Source: Oopsacas minuta (Eukaryota; Animalia; Porifera). Taken from it: a stretch of 64,000 nucleotides of DNA. Made by a program: the position numbers and the translations under genes. Below are positions 1 through 14,411 of this stretch, piece after piece. Every line of letters starts with the position of its first letter. Within the stretch, counting starts at the first letter, position 1. The stretch lies in assembly GCA_024704765.1 (NCBI GenBank), contig JAKMXF010000331.1:1-64000 (forward strand), read 5' to 3'. The notes beneath the pieces are model-generated. The model was given only the letters and a program-made list of their open reading frames with translations, had not been told where the DNA came from and did no database searches.

Positions 1-155
<155 letters not shown>

Positions 156-1687
156 CATAATAATAAACCATCACGGATTTCAGATAGAGAATTTCGAGTA
201 AAAGCAACTGAAAATTATCTACAAGTTTGAAGGATATTTCTAATGGTGAAGTTGATTAGTTATTGAAAGATTTATGTATTGGGGACCAAATGTAGTTTGT
301 AATTCTAGTCAGAGTCACATTAAACTGAAAGGTTCCCTCAGGTGTTCAGTTGTTAATTGGTTCTATTCCAGATTGTACATTAACAAGAATACAATTAGTT
401 CAACGATCCAGTAGCAGTAAAAAGGTACGCATCTTAATTATTCACCAACGAGGCGAATATTCTGGTGTTGTTACAACCATAAATTAAGGTGACCATGCTA
501 GATATCTAAATATCCATACAGTCAATCAGAGGCAGGCGGGTATTTAGCATAGAAATGCTATTCCTCGCTCGCTGTCAATTTAAGCAAAAGTATCTCCACC
601 TGTCATTTTTCGAGTGTCACCAGTACTAACACTAACAACCTGTCATACTTTATTTTGTGTGTTAAATAGGATCTAACAAGTACCACCTTGAAATTATCTT
701 GTCCTGTCAAAACGAATCTCAAAATAATCACCAAAAAGCAACTCTCCTTTTTTGCATTCGTTATGAAGCGGATACAGAAAATAAGAGTAGAGTTTGTTCA
801 CAATGCTAAATAACCTAACTAACTGTTGATAGGGATTTTCTATTAATACTAGGGTTGGGACGGAACTTCGCGTGACTTTTCAGCTCCGTCTTTGCATACA
901 CATCTGCGGATACGAGTATGTTTACAGAAGGAGAAATTGATATGTGTTATTAAACAAAATTGGCAACTGATGATGTTCTCATTAACGGCATTAATGCAAG
1001 AATATACAAAAATGTTTTCAGCAAGTGGTTCTTATATCAGATCTGCTCTTACAACGCGTGTTCGTTTTAAGAGTTAACAACCTTTCATTATGTACTTATA
1101 CACCCGCCTTGTTCAACATTTTCCACTAGAGACCAAACTTCTGGCTAACTGCGTTACTTGAACCTGAGTAATCGGGCCGTGTCCTGAAAGGGAAGACATT
1201 CGTTTGAGTCTTGAATAAATCTAAATCGAAACCGAAACACATTCCGATCGAGTTTGAGTAAGGTGAAATTTACAGATAATAAACCAAAATAATTATTATT
1301 AGATGCAACAGAATATATCCTGGTAATACCTGAAATTCCAAGTAAATTCTGTGTAGGCTTTTGGGCCGCCCGGACATTACCAGGGTGCCCGGAAGAGTTA
1401 TGAAGCTTACGGTTACCTATGTATGTCAACTTTTATGTAGTACTCAGACACAAAAATACTTGTAGTTCCATCACTTCCATGTACGGGGGCGTTGGCGAAT
1501 GTTTAGGGAACAGAATCAAACCTGGGGGTTCATAATACGAAATTGTGTACAATTGTGTAGATTCACATATTCATAAATAAGTGCGCAGGGTAAAAGTCAA
1601 TGAGATGGAAATGGCAAGATATATGCAAAATGCTGCCAACCTCTGCCCTTAGTATTTCTGCGAAAATTTTATTAAAATATAGTAATA

Positions 1688-2110
1688 ATGGCTGAGAAAC
1701 GGACTCCAGTTGCTCTAAAAGATAAGTATTACCTGGTGATGTTCTTTTATGCTCCTCTCTCAGAACGTGAAAACAAGGCTGGGCTTGCGAGAATGTTTCA
1801 TATTACAAACGAAGGAAAAATCATTACTAAGTATCTGGCCAGAACAGAAGTAAAGGAAATCATTGAATAGTGCCGAGAAATACGGAGATATTGATCAACA
1901 TGTGGGCCATTTGTAAGGAGATCAATTGTTCAATAATTCTTCAAGCGGCACAGAAAAATGCGGCAGAGCTAGGGGTCGCCGAATGCAAATGAATGAGTCC
2001 TGGATGGAAAGATGGAGAGTGCGTCATGGTATCAAATATATGACACACATTGGAAAAGTTCCTGATTTACCGAGAGATAAGCAACTTCTTTGACTTCTCC
2101 CAGTGTTTGG
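1688..2110 (+). pseudogene. Decayed pogo/Tigger transposase N-terminal (CENP-B-type HTH) fragment
   Basis: ORF 1688-1870 (KRTPVALKDKYYL...) resembles a psq-type HTH start. Downstream, about 1995-2040 reads NESWMERWRVRHGIKY, like the pogo GWLxRWKxRHGI motif. Stops and frameshifts present; no TIRs found. Confidence 0.5.
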
Positions 2111-4056
2111 TAACCATATTTGATCGTGTTGGTAGCCAACCTTATCAAAATATAATTCTTGTGACATTTACAGAATAGACGAGGACAGCACTTTTCTGGA
2201 GGAAGTCAAATTGTTTGACCATTGTGGAATCCCAGGAGGGGCGCAATCACAAGCCAAAAGTTCGAAGTCGTGATTAATCAGAATACTTTAGTTGTAGAAG
2301 TCAGAATCGATTTTCAGACTATTGTCACAAGTGTAAAAACAAAAATCCAACGGTCCGCCATTTTGCAAACTGTAATAATAATTAGTTCAACAAAAGTCCA
2401 TCCAAACACAAAATTACCATGAAATCCATATCCCTGCCCCTAGGTAGACTAATAACGAGTACAAATGAAAACTCCCAGATCCATAAGGCAGTAAACTAAA
2501 TCCCTAATCCCCACGCAATGGTACGGGTATAATTAAAACAATAAGAAGTTTTTGCTGGGCCTCGTTTTGCAACGCGACATGTCTAAAAATCGATTCTGAC
2601 TTGTGACAACCAAGTATATTCTGACTGGCGAAACTTCCCCACCCAGGAAGATAATATAAGGGAACATGATGCGAACAAATCTGGTGTGACTCTCCTTGTG
2701 GAGAATTGGGTATTTCTATATTTAACCACTTCTGAATATATGTAAAATACACATAAGTCCTTTGATTCATACAGCACCAAATTTTAAGACATTATTCGTA
2801 ATCTGCGAAAAATTACACTTCGTTTGAGAGGACATTTTTTAGTGTATAGTGATACTGCGAGCGTGGCGAGCAAAAACAGCTAAATTACAATCCCCGAAGA
2901 CCTTATTCAATTAATTATATTGGTTTAGAGTGGCACTACTTATTGGAAGTATCATGAAATGTAAAATTTAAACACAATACACACATAGTGTTTAAAAATG
3001 CTCTTCTGATCTATTGTGTTAATTTTGTAAAATAATGTACAGCTAAAAAATCCAATTAGCAGAGAAAGTGTTAATATGATGACTTTAGAGATTTGAAAAT
3101 TTCAGAATCGAATTCTATGTCCCTGTTTACCTCAAATTAGCTGGTGTAAGCTAATCTCTAGGAAATGTTTGAAACAGTGCCCAAATGGTGTGAAAATATG
3201 AGTAAACATATAATAAACAAGTGTATATACACTGAATAGAGTTGATTGAACACTAGAATTGCAGTCTACATCCAATACAAATACTTTGCAGTGGTAATAC
3301 AATGACATACACTCCAGGATCTCCACAAGAACCAGTTTTATGCCTTTATGCTTAATTGCCAAAATAATATAATCTGATTGGCTAAAATTTGATTGTGTGA
3401 AAGGTGTGAAAATATGGACATTAGAAACTACCAAATTTCAGGTGTACATAAGGAGGTCATTACGAGCACACATGCCAAATTTGGTGTTTTAATCTCTAAA
3501 TGTATGAACCGGAGAATGAACACGATCTGATTTTGGAATGTCATTATAATAATCGCTTGTTCAAACTTGGATTGTTGATTGTCAACTTATCTATCGATTC
3601 ATTACAATTGATCGGGTTAGCAACCTTGGTAGAGAATATGCATTCATTTCAATCATCTTAGTAAAGTAGATTATCGAAACTCAACTCTCAATGGGTTTTT
3701 GTCGGTATCGAAATTCAAAGGTCTAGCATATGACATGAAAATGCATAAAAATACACTACAATAATTTCGTGGAAGAGCATATAAAAGTTGCGCTAAAGTA
3801 ATGGAAAACTTATCACTGAACCCTCTAGTAGATTGAGCCAATACATATAAATATTTAAACAAAGTTATAAGACATTCATATACCCTGTATATAGAATATA
3901 TGTAAGAGAAATGCGCTAGGTTCGCCAGTCAATAATGCATGAACCCTCTGGATCGTTCAGGTTGAAATAAAGTTATCGCCTCTGCTACCATATACATGTA
4001 ATGTTGCATGAGCAGAAACTGAATATAATAAACCTGAAATAACAATAACTCTAGGA

Positions 4057-4690
4057 CAGGAATCGGAAACTCCAGGCCAACGGGCCAAATTTGGCCCGCG
4101 AGATGAATTTATGCAGGATTTCATTCGATTATCATCAATATATATATAAATTAATGAGAGCTAACTGAAAGCTTGTAATCAGAGATATTCACAACTTGGT
4201 ATTTACAGGATAATTTTTGTTTTCTCTTAAATATAATTAGAAAATATCAAAATCTCACATCAAATAACAAGTTCAAGATTCCGAGTAAACAAAAGCATGG
4301 GCTAATAAAAGGCACAAAGTAGACCAAAAAAATCAGATATTTAAGTTTTTTATCATACATGGAAATAGGCCTATATGCTTTTAAATCCAATATGTCCTGC
4401 TGTGGTAAAGAACGCAACTAAAAAGACGCTGCGTGAGGAACCAATATGTGAAAAGGAGTTTGATTGAGCAACAATATACCTTCATAAGACAAAGAACCAA
4501 GACTAAAAATAATTCATTTGCTAGCTTAGGTGTTGGCCAACATTATGGAAAAAGAATCAAACCGTTCGCTAATGCTGAATTCGCGAAGGATTGTCTCTTG
4601 GAAGTAAAAGAATGTCAGGAAAAAATTGATCTCCTGCTAACAGAAATCTTTCATCGAGAGCTGTTCCTGGCGGAATTGAAGAGTTAACTT
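4057..4690 (+). mobile_element. Truncated SPIN/Charlie-type hAT remnant (left end plus transposase fragment)
   Basis: CAGGAATCGGAAACT...GGGCCAAATTTGGCCCGCG at 4057, preceded by CTCTAGGA (NNNTANNN target-like). ORF 4433-4687 has QQYTF...KRIKPFANAEFAKDCLL, similar to the element at 44635. No right end seen. Confidence 0.6.
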
Positions 4691-5508
4691 CAGAAATTAG
4701 GGTATCAACAAACAAATCTACACAAAAATTGTGATCCCTCCGACCAACTGTTAACTATGCTAATTGGTATTTATAATGCAGATTTGATTAACAAAAGTTC
4801 AAGATAATATATGTTAACCATGTTTCTGAGGTTAATCAATTTTCATGAACCTAGTAGTTTCTGAATAATTTCAGGGTTAATTCTATGACATTTTTACATT
4901 GAAATTAGAAACCCCAAAGAAGATACAAAAGCTTTTTCCTTTTAGATTTTGAATATTGTTGCAATTACATTGGCTTGGTGGAACAATTTAATACGCTCTA
5001 AATAATAAATCGCAAAAATGTAAATATTTCAAAAATTCTCAGATAGAAAAACCAGAAAATAAGTACAACATAACTCTTGATTCACTATGTAGTTGGTGGG
5101 CAAGTCTCGAACTATTTTCGGCCATAGGTTTAACACCCTATACTAGGGTAATGGAAGCATATAGAATTAGAGTATTAGCAACAACGTATATCTTGAATAT
5201 TAGTTATTACTATAAAAACTCCGAGGCACGAAAAGCCGAATTCCATGCAGACCTAGAGAGTTCGCAAGCAGAGCAGGGCAACAAGCGAAGTGCCCTCGCG
5301 ATATCATTATATCACTATATCATGAAGGGGAGAATTGGTCATTCGAAATAGTTAAAGGTTGCAGAAAGTCCTACATTCGTTCGCCATATATTCTCCATTT
5401 GAAGAGAATCGCTTGAAGTTAAAGACGATGAGATAAATATTAGCACAAATAACAAGCAAGAATATGATTATGGAATTATAGTACACAATGCATGAAAAAT
5501 AAAATTAC

Positions 5509-5890
5509 CATCTGATCCGCCAGTAAATAAAAATTGTTCAGAAACATTTGATTCATTATCTTTAGGTATTTTCTCCTGTGAAAATGCTATTGAAAGTAAT
5601 GTTGTATTTTTCTTATCCTTTGGTAAAATGCCTCTGTTACTCTTCATAGTTGATCCTACCCTATTCCAGAATTTCAAGTGTTTAACTCCAACTGTAACTA
5701 ACTGACCATCTTGGTATGGGTTCCACCTAATCATAAAAATTCTATCTTTATGCCCAACAACGCTAGCAAGTAATTGTCCAGATTTCCAATAATGGAGTAA
5801 GATGGTGTGATCGTCATCTAAACCAATAGATGCAAGCATGGTACCATCACAACTAAAATCCATTGCACAGATTCCTCTAGTGTGGTGTCC
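5509..5890 (-). CDS. EML5/6: EML5/6-like microtubule-associated protein, coding exon (WD40 repeats of the second TAPE domain)
   Basis: Acceptor ttctctttAG at 5892-5891, donor GTaatt at 5508. Peptide GHHTRGICAMDFSCDGTMLASIGLDDDHTI...GHKDRIFMIRWNPYQDGQLVTVGVKHLKFW matches EML5/6 as I recall it and continues in phase 0 from the exon at 24976. Confidence 0.93.
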
Positions 5891-6595
5891 CTAAAGAGAA
5901 TTTCCTATAATTCGAATTTCAATGTATCTACGGAATAAAGTATAATAGATATGCGAAATGATCAAGCCAAAATTATGTAATGGAAAAATCGAATGAATGC
6001 ATACAAATAGACCAAAATCAATATTGAAGAATTGTAAGTTATATGAAAGAAACAGGCGGTATAATAAATGAGAGATACAACAAATATAAAAGTGACACAT
6101 CTGTAGACAAGAGTATACATACAAAGTGCAATATCAGAAGATTTCCCCCTAGATAAGTGCAGGTCAAGAACTTCTTGCATCAACTAGTGAAGTACAGCCA
6201 ATAGCAGTTTGTATTTCCCATGCGTGAATGAGAAACTGAAAAAAGGGCATGCATTTAGCAGGCCATGGAGGCGAAGACGTATTAGCATAATACATTTTGT
6301 AACTCTTGATTTATGGTAGAATAAGTCGGGCATGGGGAAGCTAAGTAGTGCTCGCACAAACAAGGTGCCTTGGTAACGATAGCCACTAAAATTACCTAAT
6401 AACCCTAAGTCATAAGTCCTGTGGAAGAGTTAAGCCACAGAAACATTTTCATCCTATACAGGTATCCAACTTCACACGCGGATGCATTCCTTGAAAGTCA
6501 GACAAAATGAAATACCTAAAACAACGGTTATTCTCAAAATTTCAATAGACTTGTTGCCAAAATATCTTCAATATCAGAGTCAGTTGAAGGTAATT

Positions 6596-7251
6596 CAAAG
6601 TCAATAACTCGTGATATTTGTAAATATGCTTAAGCTATCATCAAGTTTCCCAAATATAATGTGATGAATCGCACATTCAACAGCTGAAAATATTTTCTGG
6701 TGGAAAGACGTCATGTGATCGCCTAATAGGCTGACTGTTGGAAAATGCTATGGGTTATGTAACGTTAAATATTGGAAATATATTTACAAAATATCAATAT
6801 TGTCATGATAAAGTTGGTTAGTTCTTGAGTTACAGGTAAAAACATGTATTTATTGCACTTCTATGTCAATATTCACTTTTAAATCGATTATCATTACAAT
6901 AATAGTAATATCAAGGTAGCCATTTATAATATATACCCAACTTCCCATACCCTGCTAATTTTGGTATGACACCTCTGAAGATTATTGCGGAATCTTGAAA
7001 ATCACCTTTTATGGGCATATTCGGGTTACGTCACCAAATATTGATCATTGATTTGAACTTTGAAATCAAAAATACATATTTAGCTTTTATACCCTTAGCA
7101 TTTTCCAACATACCATCCTATTAGGCGATCACATGACGTCTTTTCGACCTGAGAATTTTCTAGATGTCGAATATGTGATTTATCACATCATAGTTGTGAA
7201 ACTTGATGTTAGCTTCAGTTTATTTGCAAATATAACGAGTTATTGTCTTTG
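6596..7251. repeat. Foldback MITE-like element, about 160-bp imperfect inverted arms
   Basis: 6596-6757 is the reverse complement of about 7093-7251 (shared AAGACGTCATGTGATCGCCTAATAGG). The interior shares CATGATAAAGTTGG with the 8938 element; a close variant occurs in the 17230 element. Confidence 0.75.
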
Positions 7252-8599
7252 TATGAACTTCAATGCACTTAATATCTATCCCTGGTCCAGAAAATATTTG
7301 GAGTATCTATGCTTTATATTACGTAGTTCACGTCTAACCACATCGAGTGATCCCTTGTTCGACGCCGCTAGACTAGCTAAGTATATTACAGCACAGCTAA
7401 TTTGACCCTCTAAATTATGCTAAAAAGGTTTACTTAATTGGCCCCTAGGCGGTACCTCAATTTCCCTGATATTTCTCAAATATTTACCATGAATGAATAC
7501 ACGATATTATCACAGTTAGAAATTGATTTATCTATTGTAACGTTTAGGTGTAGGTCACTGTCCCAAATATTTATGATTAAGTTTCTAGAAAATTATAAAT
7601 TAAACTAGTCTATATTAACTGGTCTCATGATTAATCCAAAAGATCTTCATTTGCATGGGGCTAACAGATGATATATTCAGTGGGAAGTCGGTTGATTACC
7701 TCAAACGGATACAAGTGATAATTTGGGGCAATCAACGAATTCCCACTGAATAGAATATCGGTTAACCGTATGTAAATGCGTTATAGTTCATAAATATAGG
7801 ATCAGTAACGTAGATCTATTCCATAGAGTAAATGAATCAATTTACTTGTATATTAAACTAGTATTTATTAACAAAACAGACTATGATATCGTGTATTCAT
7901 GTTCAATACTGAAAAATAGCGGGTAATTTAGGGACTGAGGAAGAGGGTTTAGTAATTTCGTGAAAATATCATTTAGAGGGTAGAATTGTGCAGAAACATG
8001 CTCACCAAGCAGGGTCGAACAAGAGTCACTTGATGGGATTAGGAAAATTTTGAGTTTGGAATGTTGTCGCATTCTTGAGACATCCCTGCGTGCTAGGGCA
8101 AATATCTCCAAATATGGTCAAGTGACCCATTAAATTGAAGGAAATATGATGTTGTAAAATGAATATATATATATAGCTGAGTTCTAGTAGAGCTCAGCTC
8201 TACTAAAGCACAGTTTTTGCCCATATTATTGGTGAGTATAATGTAATATATAATATGACGGTCTGTGAATTTGGTTTTTGGCTTCTTGTTGATGGGATTT
8301 TTGTTTCGATTAATTGATTATGCTTCCAAATTGTGGTTATGTGTTATTCTTGCTATTTAATGTGGACCTGAGGTTTATATCGTAATATGGTTGTTGATTA
8401 TTATATTTTGTTAGCGCAGTTGTTAATATTATCATCTAATAACATGTTGCCCTCGTTTCGAATCCCATACTTCCCTGTACGTTTCCACCGTAGACTACTT
8501 GAAATTGAACCAGTAAACTTTGATTCGTCAAATTTTCGTGATTTTCAATATACGTACCACAAAATATGGGAGAAACTGTACTCTAGTAGGGCTGAGCTA

Positions 8600-8604
<5 letters not shown>

Positions 8605-8645
<41 letters not shown>
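8605..8645. repeat. (TA)n microsatellite
   Basis: Directly visible. Confidence 0.97.
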
Positions 8646-8651
<6 letters not shown>

Positions 8652-8937
8652 TTACCTCATTTACGAATATGGTGGTTAGTGTCGAGTAGATGAGTTTTGA
8701 AAAGGTTATCGTTTGGGGGTTTATCGGCGAATTAGCAGATAGCCTTTATATAAAATGCCAAAAGGGATAGAAATATACACCATGGAACTAATTCCAATAA
8801 AAAATCAGGATTCAAGTTCATGGGAAACATGTTGAAATTATTTGGCGGTTTTGTGAGGGATGTGCACATTTACTCAAAGTTTTGGGGTAAACTAGCTGGA
8901 TAATTATGATAGGAGAAATTCTAATTACATTATTAGC

Positions 8938-9545
8938 CATAGCCTACCAAAGACAAGACTTGATCACCGAGTCCATTTTTACTGGACCAGGGATAAAAGG
9001 AAATGGATATATTTTGATGGGAAATTCTATACTCGTTGATTATATGAAACTGGTACATTTTCACCCGAATAAATCAGCCACTTTTGTGAAGATTTACAGA
9101 TTGAAGTGATGTCATCTACCAGGGTAATTGGCAAATATGTATTTAAAATTGTTCCATCTTTGAAACCATGTAGAACGTTAATTATTAATCTAAGTTCAAA
9201 ATGTTGAAATTCCAAATTATCTAAAACCGTTTCTGTACAAACTATACAAAAGTAATCATGATAAAGTTGGTATATTTCTGAGTTATCAGACTGACCATGG
9301 ATGGCACATGTTCTAATTATATCCTCTTATAACTCGATAATTACAAGGGTGTGGGAAAATGAGTGTTCACTATAAAATGACTATCCTGATTTAACAATAA
9401 TTTCTGCGATTATCGAGTTATATGAGGTATTAAAATACGTGTAATCCATGGTCTGTGCGATAATTCAGAAACGTGCAACTTTATCATGAAAAATTTGTAT
9501 ATTTTGAACAGAAATGGTTTAGATCATTTGGTCTTACAAATTTCT
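8938..9545. mobile_element. Truncated copy of the CATAGCCTAC foldback MITE family
   Basis: Starts CATAGCCTACCAAAGACAAG and is colinear with 17230-17940. Internal palindrome about 9213-9302 versus 9447-9535. Distal right arm missing. Confidence 0.75.
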
Positions 9546-11597
9546 CTAAAAATTTTTCTGACAAGAAATTGAACATTTACTTGTTTGAATTCAGATATTC
9601 TGTTTTAACTGAAATTGAATAGATAAAAACACAATTGTATTCTGTAACAATTCTATAGGGATCGAATACTTTTAACTATACAGATATACAAATTTATTGT
9701 GTTTTATTAATAAAAAATATCACTGTACAACCAAATGATTCTTAAATGGAATGATGAATAAGACCTAACATAGAAAATACATTCTCAGTGTCATGAAACG
9801 CATGAAACAACACCGAAATATGGAGAAGAAATTGTGAATAACATAGATTACTATAGATATGGCCTGTTGCATAATCTTCTGAGACAGAAATGTATAATTC
9901 AATTATAATTATGTAATATTCTTAGACTGTATGATCTCTATGAGACATGGAGGAGCTAGTATAAAATGACTTTCTAATTAGTTCATAAATATTCCATGCC
10001 CCATAACTATCTATATATTATCAAACTTCCAAAATTGTATTATGAATTCTGAGGAATATGGAAAAATTCTCAACTTTATCCTAGAAGACAAATGATGCTG
10101 GCAAGCTTCACGGTGACGAGATTGAACTACAGATGAAATTCAAACTACTCTTGGAGAATACCGGAAATTTTTAATGGTGATAATACTGAAAAATGAATCC
10201 TAATTACTACAAATTACAAATTTTAATTCCTCTTTGAAACAGAAACCACGTGATTACGAATAATTATTACTCTCATGTGAATGAATTCCATTCTCTTTTG
10301 AGAGATAAACTGGTGGTGGATCTTGGAATTGCTGGTAGAGGGATAATTTTCCAACTGGGGTTCTGGAAGAGGCTGTAATCCCCAAGGTACCGGAGAAGGC
10401 TCTGGATAACAAGCCCTATTTGCTACAACGTCAGTTGCTTTTCTACTGTTAGGTAACTTCAAACCTCGAATTTTGTTCTCTTAACTGCGTGATACACTTT
10501 GGCATGGAAAGTCTATGATTGACAATATAAGTACAATGTACATTGCTTCATCGTGCATAGAAATAATTTGTACACATCTGCACAAGGGAATATTAAATAC
10601 ATTAGCTACGCACATAAGTTTATTTCAACTTGGACAAACCTATCATGTGCAAAGAATGTGTTGCCTTGCTCATAATCTTGTACAACCCAATTTACACAAC
10701 TTCCGTCCGTGGGTTAATATAATGTAACAAAATTACCTGAGTTTAAGGAAATATAACATGAAATTTGTAAGTTTAAGATGCGCAAAGCGTCCGAAAATTT
10801 ACAGTTTGTAATTTGAGCAAATATATCAATTTATTGGGATAATATTCCAATATTTTATGATTCCATATCATGTAATTTTATCCTAGTGGGTGTATATTCC
10901 CCTATATCCCCTGGATCGGCCACTGCTCAGTTGGAGGACATCTACAGGAATATACACGACCAAGTTGGGCATAAGGGAATGAACGCTAAAATACAATTGA
11001 GTTGATGATAATTTCCAGATGTATTTACAAAACAAGTGGTCTTCGAAATTTTTCAAAGCATACACCAAGACTCCTTTTGAACTTTCTGCGCTACTGATAA
11101 TTAATTAATGTTACGTAACAGTAGAACTTAGACAATCCGAGGTCTCGGATATTCGAACAGGAGGAAGTATGTTAGTTTGTGAAAATTGTTTAAATTTCAT
11201 ATTAAATAGTTCTCTTGACTACTTTAGTCTGTCCAAAATAAATGTAGGTGTTGCGCTCATATTTCTAGCAGTAAAAGATGCCAAATTACAAAATACACAT
11301 TATGTATATCCTCAAACAGGTAATTTTATCAATCAAAGTACACTATTTCAGTTATCCGACGGACACAATACTTGAAATTCACTTAACAATACACACTGGA
11401 TTATCCGAATACGGGCTTTCGGATAATTTAGTGTGTAATTTAACAGAAAACTGCTTAGTCAATTAAATATTCCGCAGCAAACTTAGTTAAGTGTAGTTAG
11501 CACAAGAAATTACTTGGCTTACTTTGTGATCTACGAAGAAAGTAAAATATCGAATGTAGACTGAGTGTAAATGGGAAATTATTCAATAAATTACATA

Positions 11598-12689
11598 CCG
11601 TATTTCACTGATTAAGTGTACGGGAGTAGATTCTTTTTGTGGGCATTTTTTGGAGTAATTCCTTTTAACTATTAGAAAATTGAAATGATTTCTGGAAATC
11701 AATTATCCATATTTGTTGCATGTAATCCAATGAATTATAAATATCATCAAAATGATTCTTCTAGAGAATGATGATAAATTATTATTCACAACTTTGGAGC
11801 CTTTTCTAGCCCCGGCGCTTATTCAAGCCCAGATGTTTATTCAAGCCCAGACCATGCTTACTATATACACAGCTAGCTAAGCAAAGAATTTCCAAAATAA
11901 TATCCAGGCCATTGATTATATTCTGTTTGAGCATGAAGGATTGCAGTTATCATTACAAATTCAACTGTAAATAGGTTTCCACATACGGTGGAGACATTTA
12001 AAATACTTTTGAACCTGTTTTCCAAGGTATATCAACCACAATGATGGCATCAAAGTTCATGCCCATATATGGTAATTTTTTCATTTTTATCAATTTTTCA
12101 GAAATCCTCAAAACTTAAACTAATCCTTTTATCAAAATAACCTCTACTAGTTAAATGTTAGTTTAAGTAACCAAAAGATGATCTTCATTTTCATGAACAC
12201 AAATTTTCATTTTAGTTCGCCGTAAAAACAACAAATTAAAAAGTCAATCCTAGAAAATCGAAGAAATTCCATCCAAAAGTGTATGCGAACACAAAATAAG
12301 TCATAATTGTTGACCATTTTTATAAGTTTATCTAATACAGTCTTTCTATTGTGTTTTGTGCTAAGTTAATACGTATCTTGATTCATTTCATGGGACTTGT
12401 GGGTTTTTCGATAATATTGGTATTTACTAGTAAAATAATTACCATTATTGAAGTTGAACTTTGATCTGGGTCATTGTGGTTAAATTAACTTGGAAAGCAG
12501 GTTCAAAGGTATTCTAGATGTCTTCACCGTATGTGGAATCCTATTAATAGTTGAATTTGTAATGATAACTGCAATTCTTCATGATCAAAGAGAATATAAT
12601 CAATGGCCTGGAAAATATTTTGGCAATTCTTTGCTAGCTAGCCGTGTATATAGTAGGCCATGCCCAGACGCTTATTCAGGGAAATACGA
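11598..12689. mobile_element. Small Tc1/pogo-type MITE (CCGTATTTC ends, TA-flanked) hosting a nested foldback
   Basis: Left TA|CCGTATTTCACTGATTAAG; right end reverse-complements to TCGTATTTCCCTGAATAAG with TA at 12690-12691. Internal TTATTCAAGCCCAGA repeats. Confidence 0.6.
11853..12661. mobile_element. Foldback element, about 225-bp inverted arms, 7-8-bp TSD
   Basis: 11853-12078 is an imperfect reverse complement of about 12437-12662. GCCCAGAC direct repeat at 11845-11852 and 12662-12669. Confidence 0.8.
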
Positions 12690-13622
12690 TATTATGAAGA
12701 AGGAGAATAGAAATTGATACATATGAATCTATAGAAACAAAGTATTGTTGATGAAAAGTGGTTAATTAACCAGCTTTCCCCACTGATTGACTCGCTTAGA
12801 ATATCTAGCTGCGTTAAAATGATGACACTATGCATAGGGCTGAATACGTGTATAAGTGACAGAGTCCCAGCTCAATCCCAAAAATGAGCGGATTATATAA
12901 ATCTTGTGGAAACTCTGTATAAAACCTTAGACAATAGCTCTATTGAGTGGGCCAGGAATTAGTGAAGAGCTGAATAAATACTAGCAAACTGAAACAAGTA
13001 TATTTCCAAGAACTGCTTCGATTTCCTTGTCTAAATTGAAAATTTTGAATATAGCAGGTAGTTGAGCATCTATTCTAAAGGGTGAAATTCTGTATTCGAA
13101 ATCAACTAAACTTGAGACACATTAAATGTATTTAGATTCGTCAGAAAATGCTTCTCGAAACGTTTCCAGTAGGTGTATTTACCCTGTACTATGGTTGGTC
13201 TACTTTTAACTCAGTAAGTTCTTGAATTATATTTCGAACTTATTTAATAAATAGCGAAAATATGTAGAGGCAAAATTAACTCCCTGAATTCATGTGATGA
13301 ATCAATAAATTGAACCAAGAAAAACGAATGTGTTTTCATTGAGTGATGAAGTTGAGTTAATGTTGATTAGGGGTCTGACAGTTTGGCGGAAATGGTGGAT
13401 AACAACTAAATGGTTGAAAATTACTTAATGGAGATACACAGGTGAATTCGATAAGCGGGCAATCAGACAAGCACAAATTTAGAACTTTGAAACATCTATC
13501 ATAAATATCTGTCTGAAAAGGATCAGTTTTTCGGATCATGGCCTATCTTGCCCCGACCCCAAAAACATGTTTTGGCAATGTCTCCAATGTCTCTCATGGC
13601 GATCATTGAATTGAAAAGCATA

Positions 13623-13935
13623 CAATACATCCCCGCTAATCCGAACTGCACTGTTGCAATCGGAAAATACGTTTGGCTTAGTTAAATTGTTTGGATTAAA
13701 GAAATGCATAGAAACAATACTGTAGGATCTAGGGGACATTTTCTCGAAAGTTGCATAAATGATGGAAAGTTTGTCAACATGTGTAATATAGTAAGATGTA
13801 GTGCCCTAGTAGAATCGGCTACAATTTGTCATTTTTGACAATTTGGGATCATTTTCCGAAGTTATATAACATTTTAGACCTGTTCAGATTAGCGAGGATT
13901 CGGATTAATGAATTCGGATTAGCCAGGGTTTATTG
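13623..13935. mobile_element. Tigger-like MITE (313 bp, TA TSD)
   Basis: TA|CAATACATCCCCGCTAATCCGAA on the left; right end reverse-complements to CAATAAACCCTGGCTAATCCGAA, followed by TA. Confidence 0.65.
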
Positions 13936-14102
13936 TACTAAATGCTCTGGGAAACATTTTATAGGGATGGCCATAAAACGCGACGCCTACTTATATCCAC
14001 TATAGTATGCCATAGCCTTTTCAAAAGGCCTATCGATAAAAACAAATTTGGCACTAGGAATGGAGTAGTGCATGATATTATTATTAACCACAAGTGTCTT
14101 AA

Positions 14103-14411
14103 ATCTGATCAGATTATTTAGGTAAAGTTGATGATAAATTTTTTCAGTTTGAATATTCAATTTTCACTTCGCGTAGATCCCTGAGATGTAACCAGTGAGG
14201 ATGGGGATAATCCAAACCCTTTCAACTGTAAATAGGGTACATTAGATCAAAATGTGTTGCTTTTTCACCATGTACATAACTCCCAGTTGATTGAATTTGG
14301 ATTATCTCCATCCCCACCACTTATATTTCAGGGATTATTCATAATAAATGAAGAAATTGACCATTCAAACTGAAAAATTACATCAACTGTATCTAAACAA
14401 TCTGATCAGAT
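14103..14411. repeat. Imperfect inverted repeat (about 125-bp arms)
   Basis: ATCTGATCAGATT...TTTCAGTTTGAAT...GGATGG(G/A)GATAATCCAAA present on both strands. No TSD found. Confidence 0.7.

Noticed and set aside
10223-10462. Proline-rich 79-aa ORF
   Set aside because: No recognisable domain and no splice context linking it to the EML exons, which already join without it.
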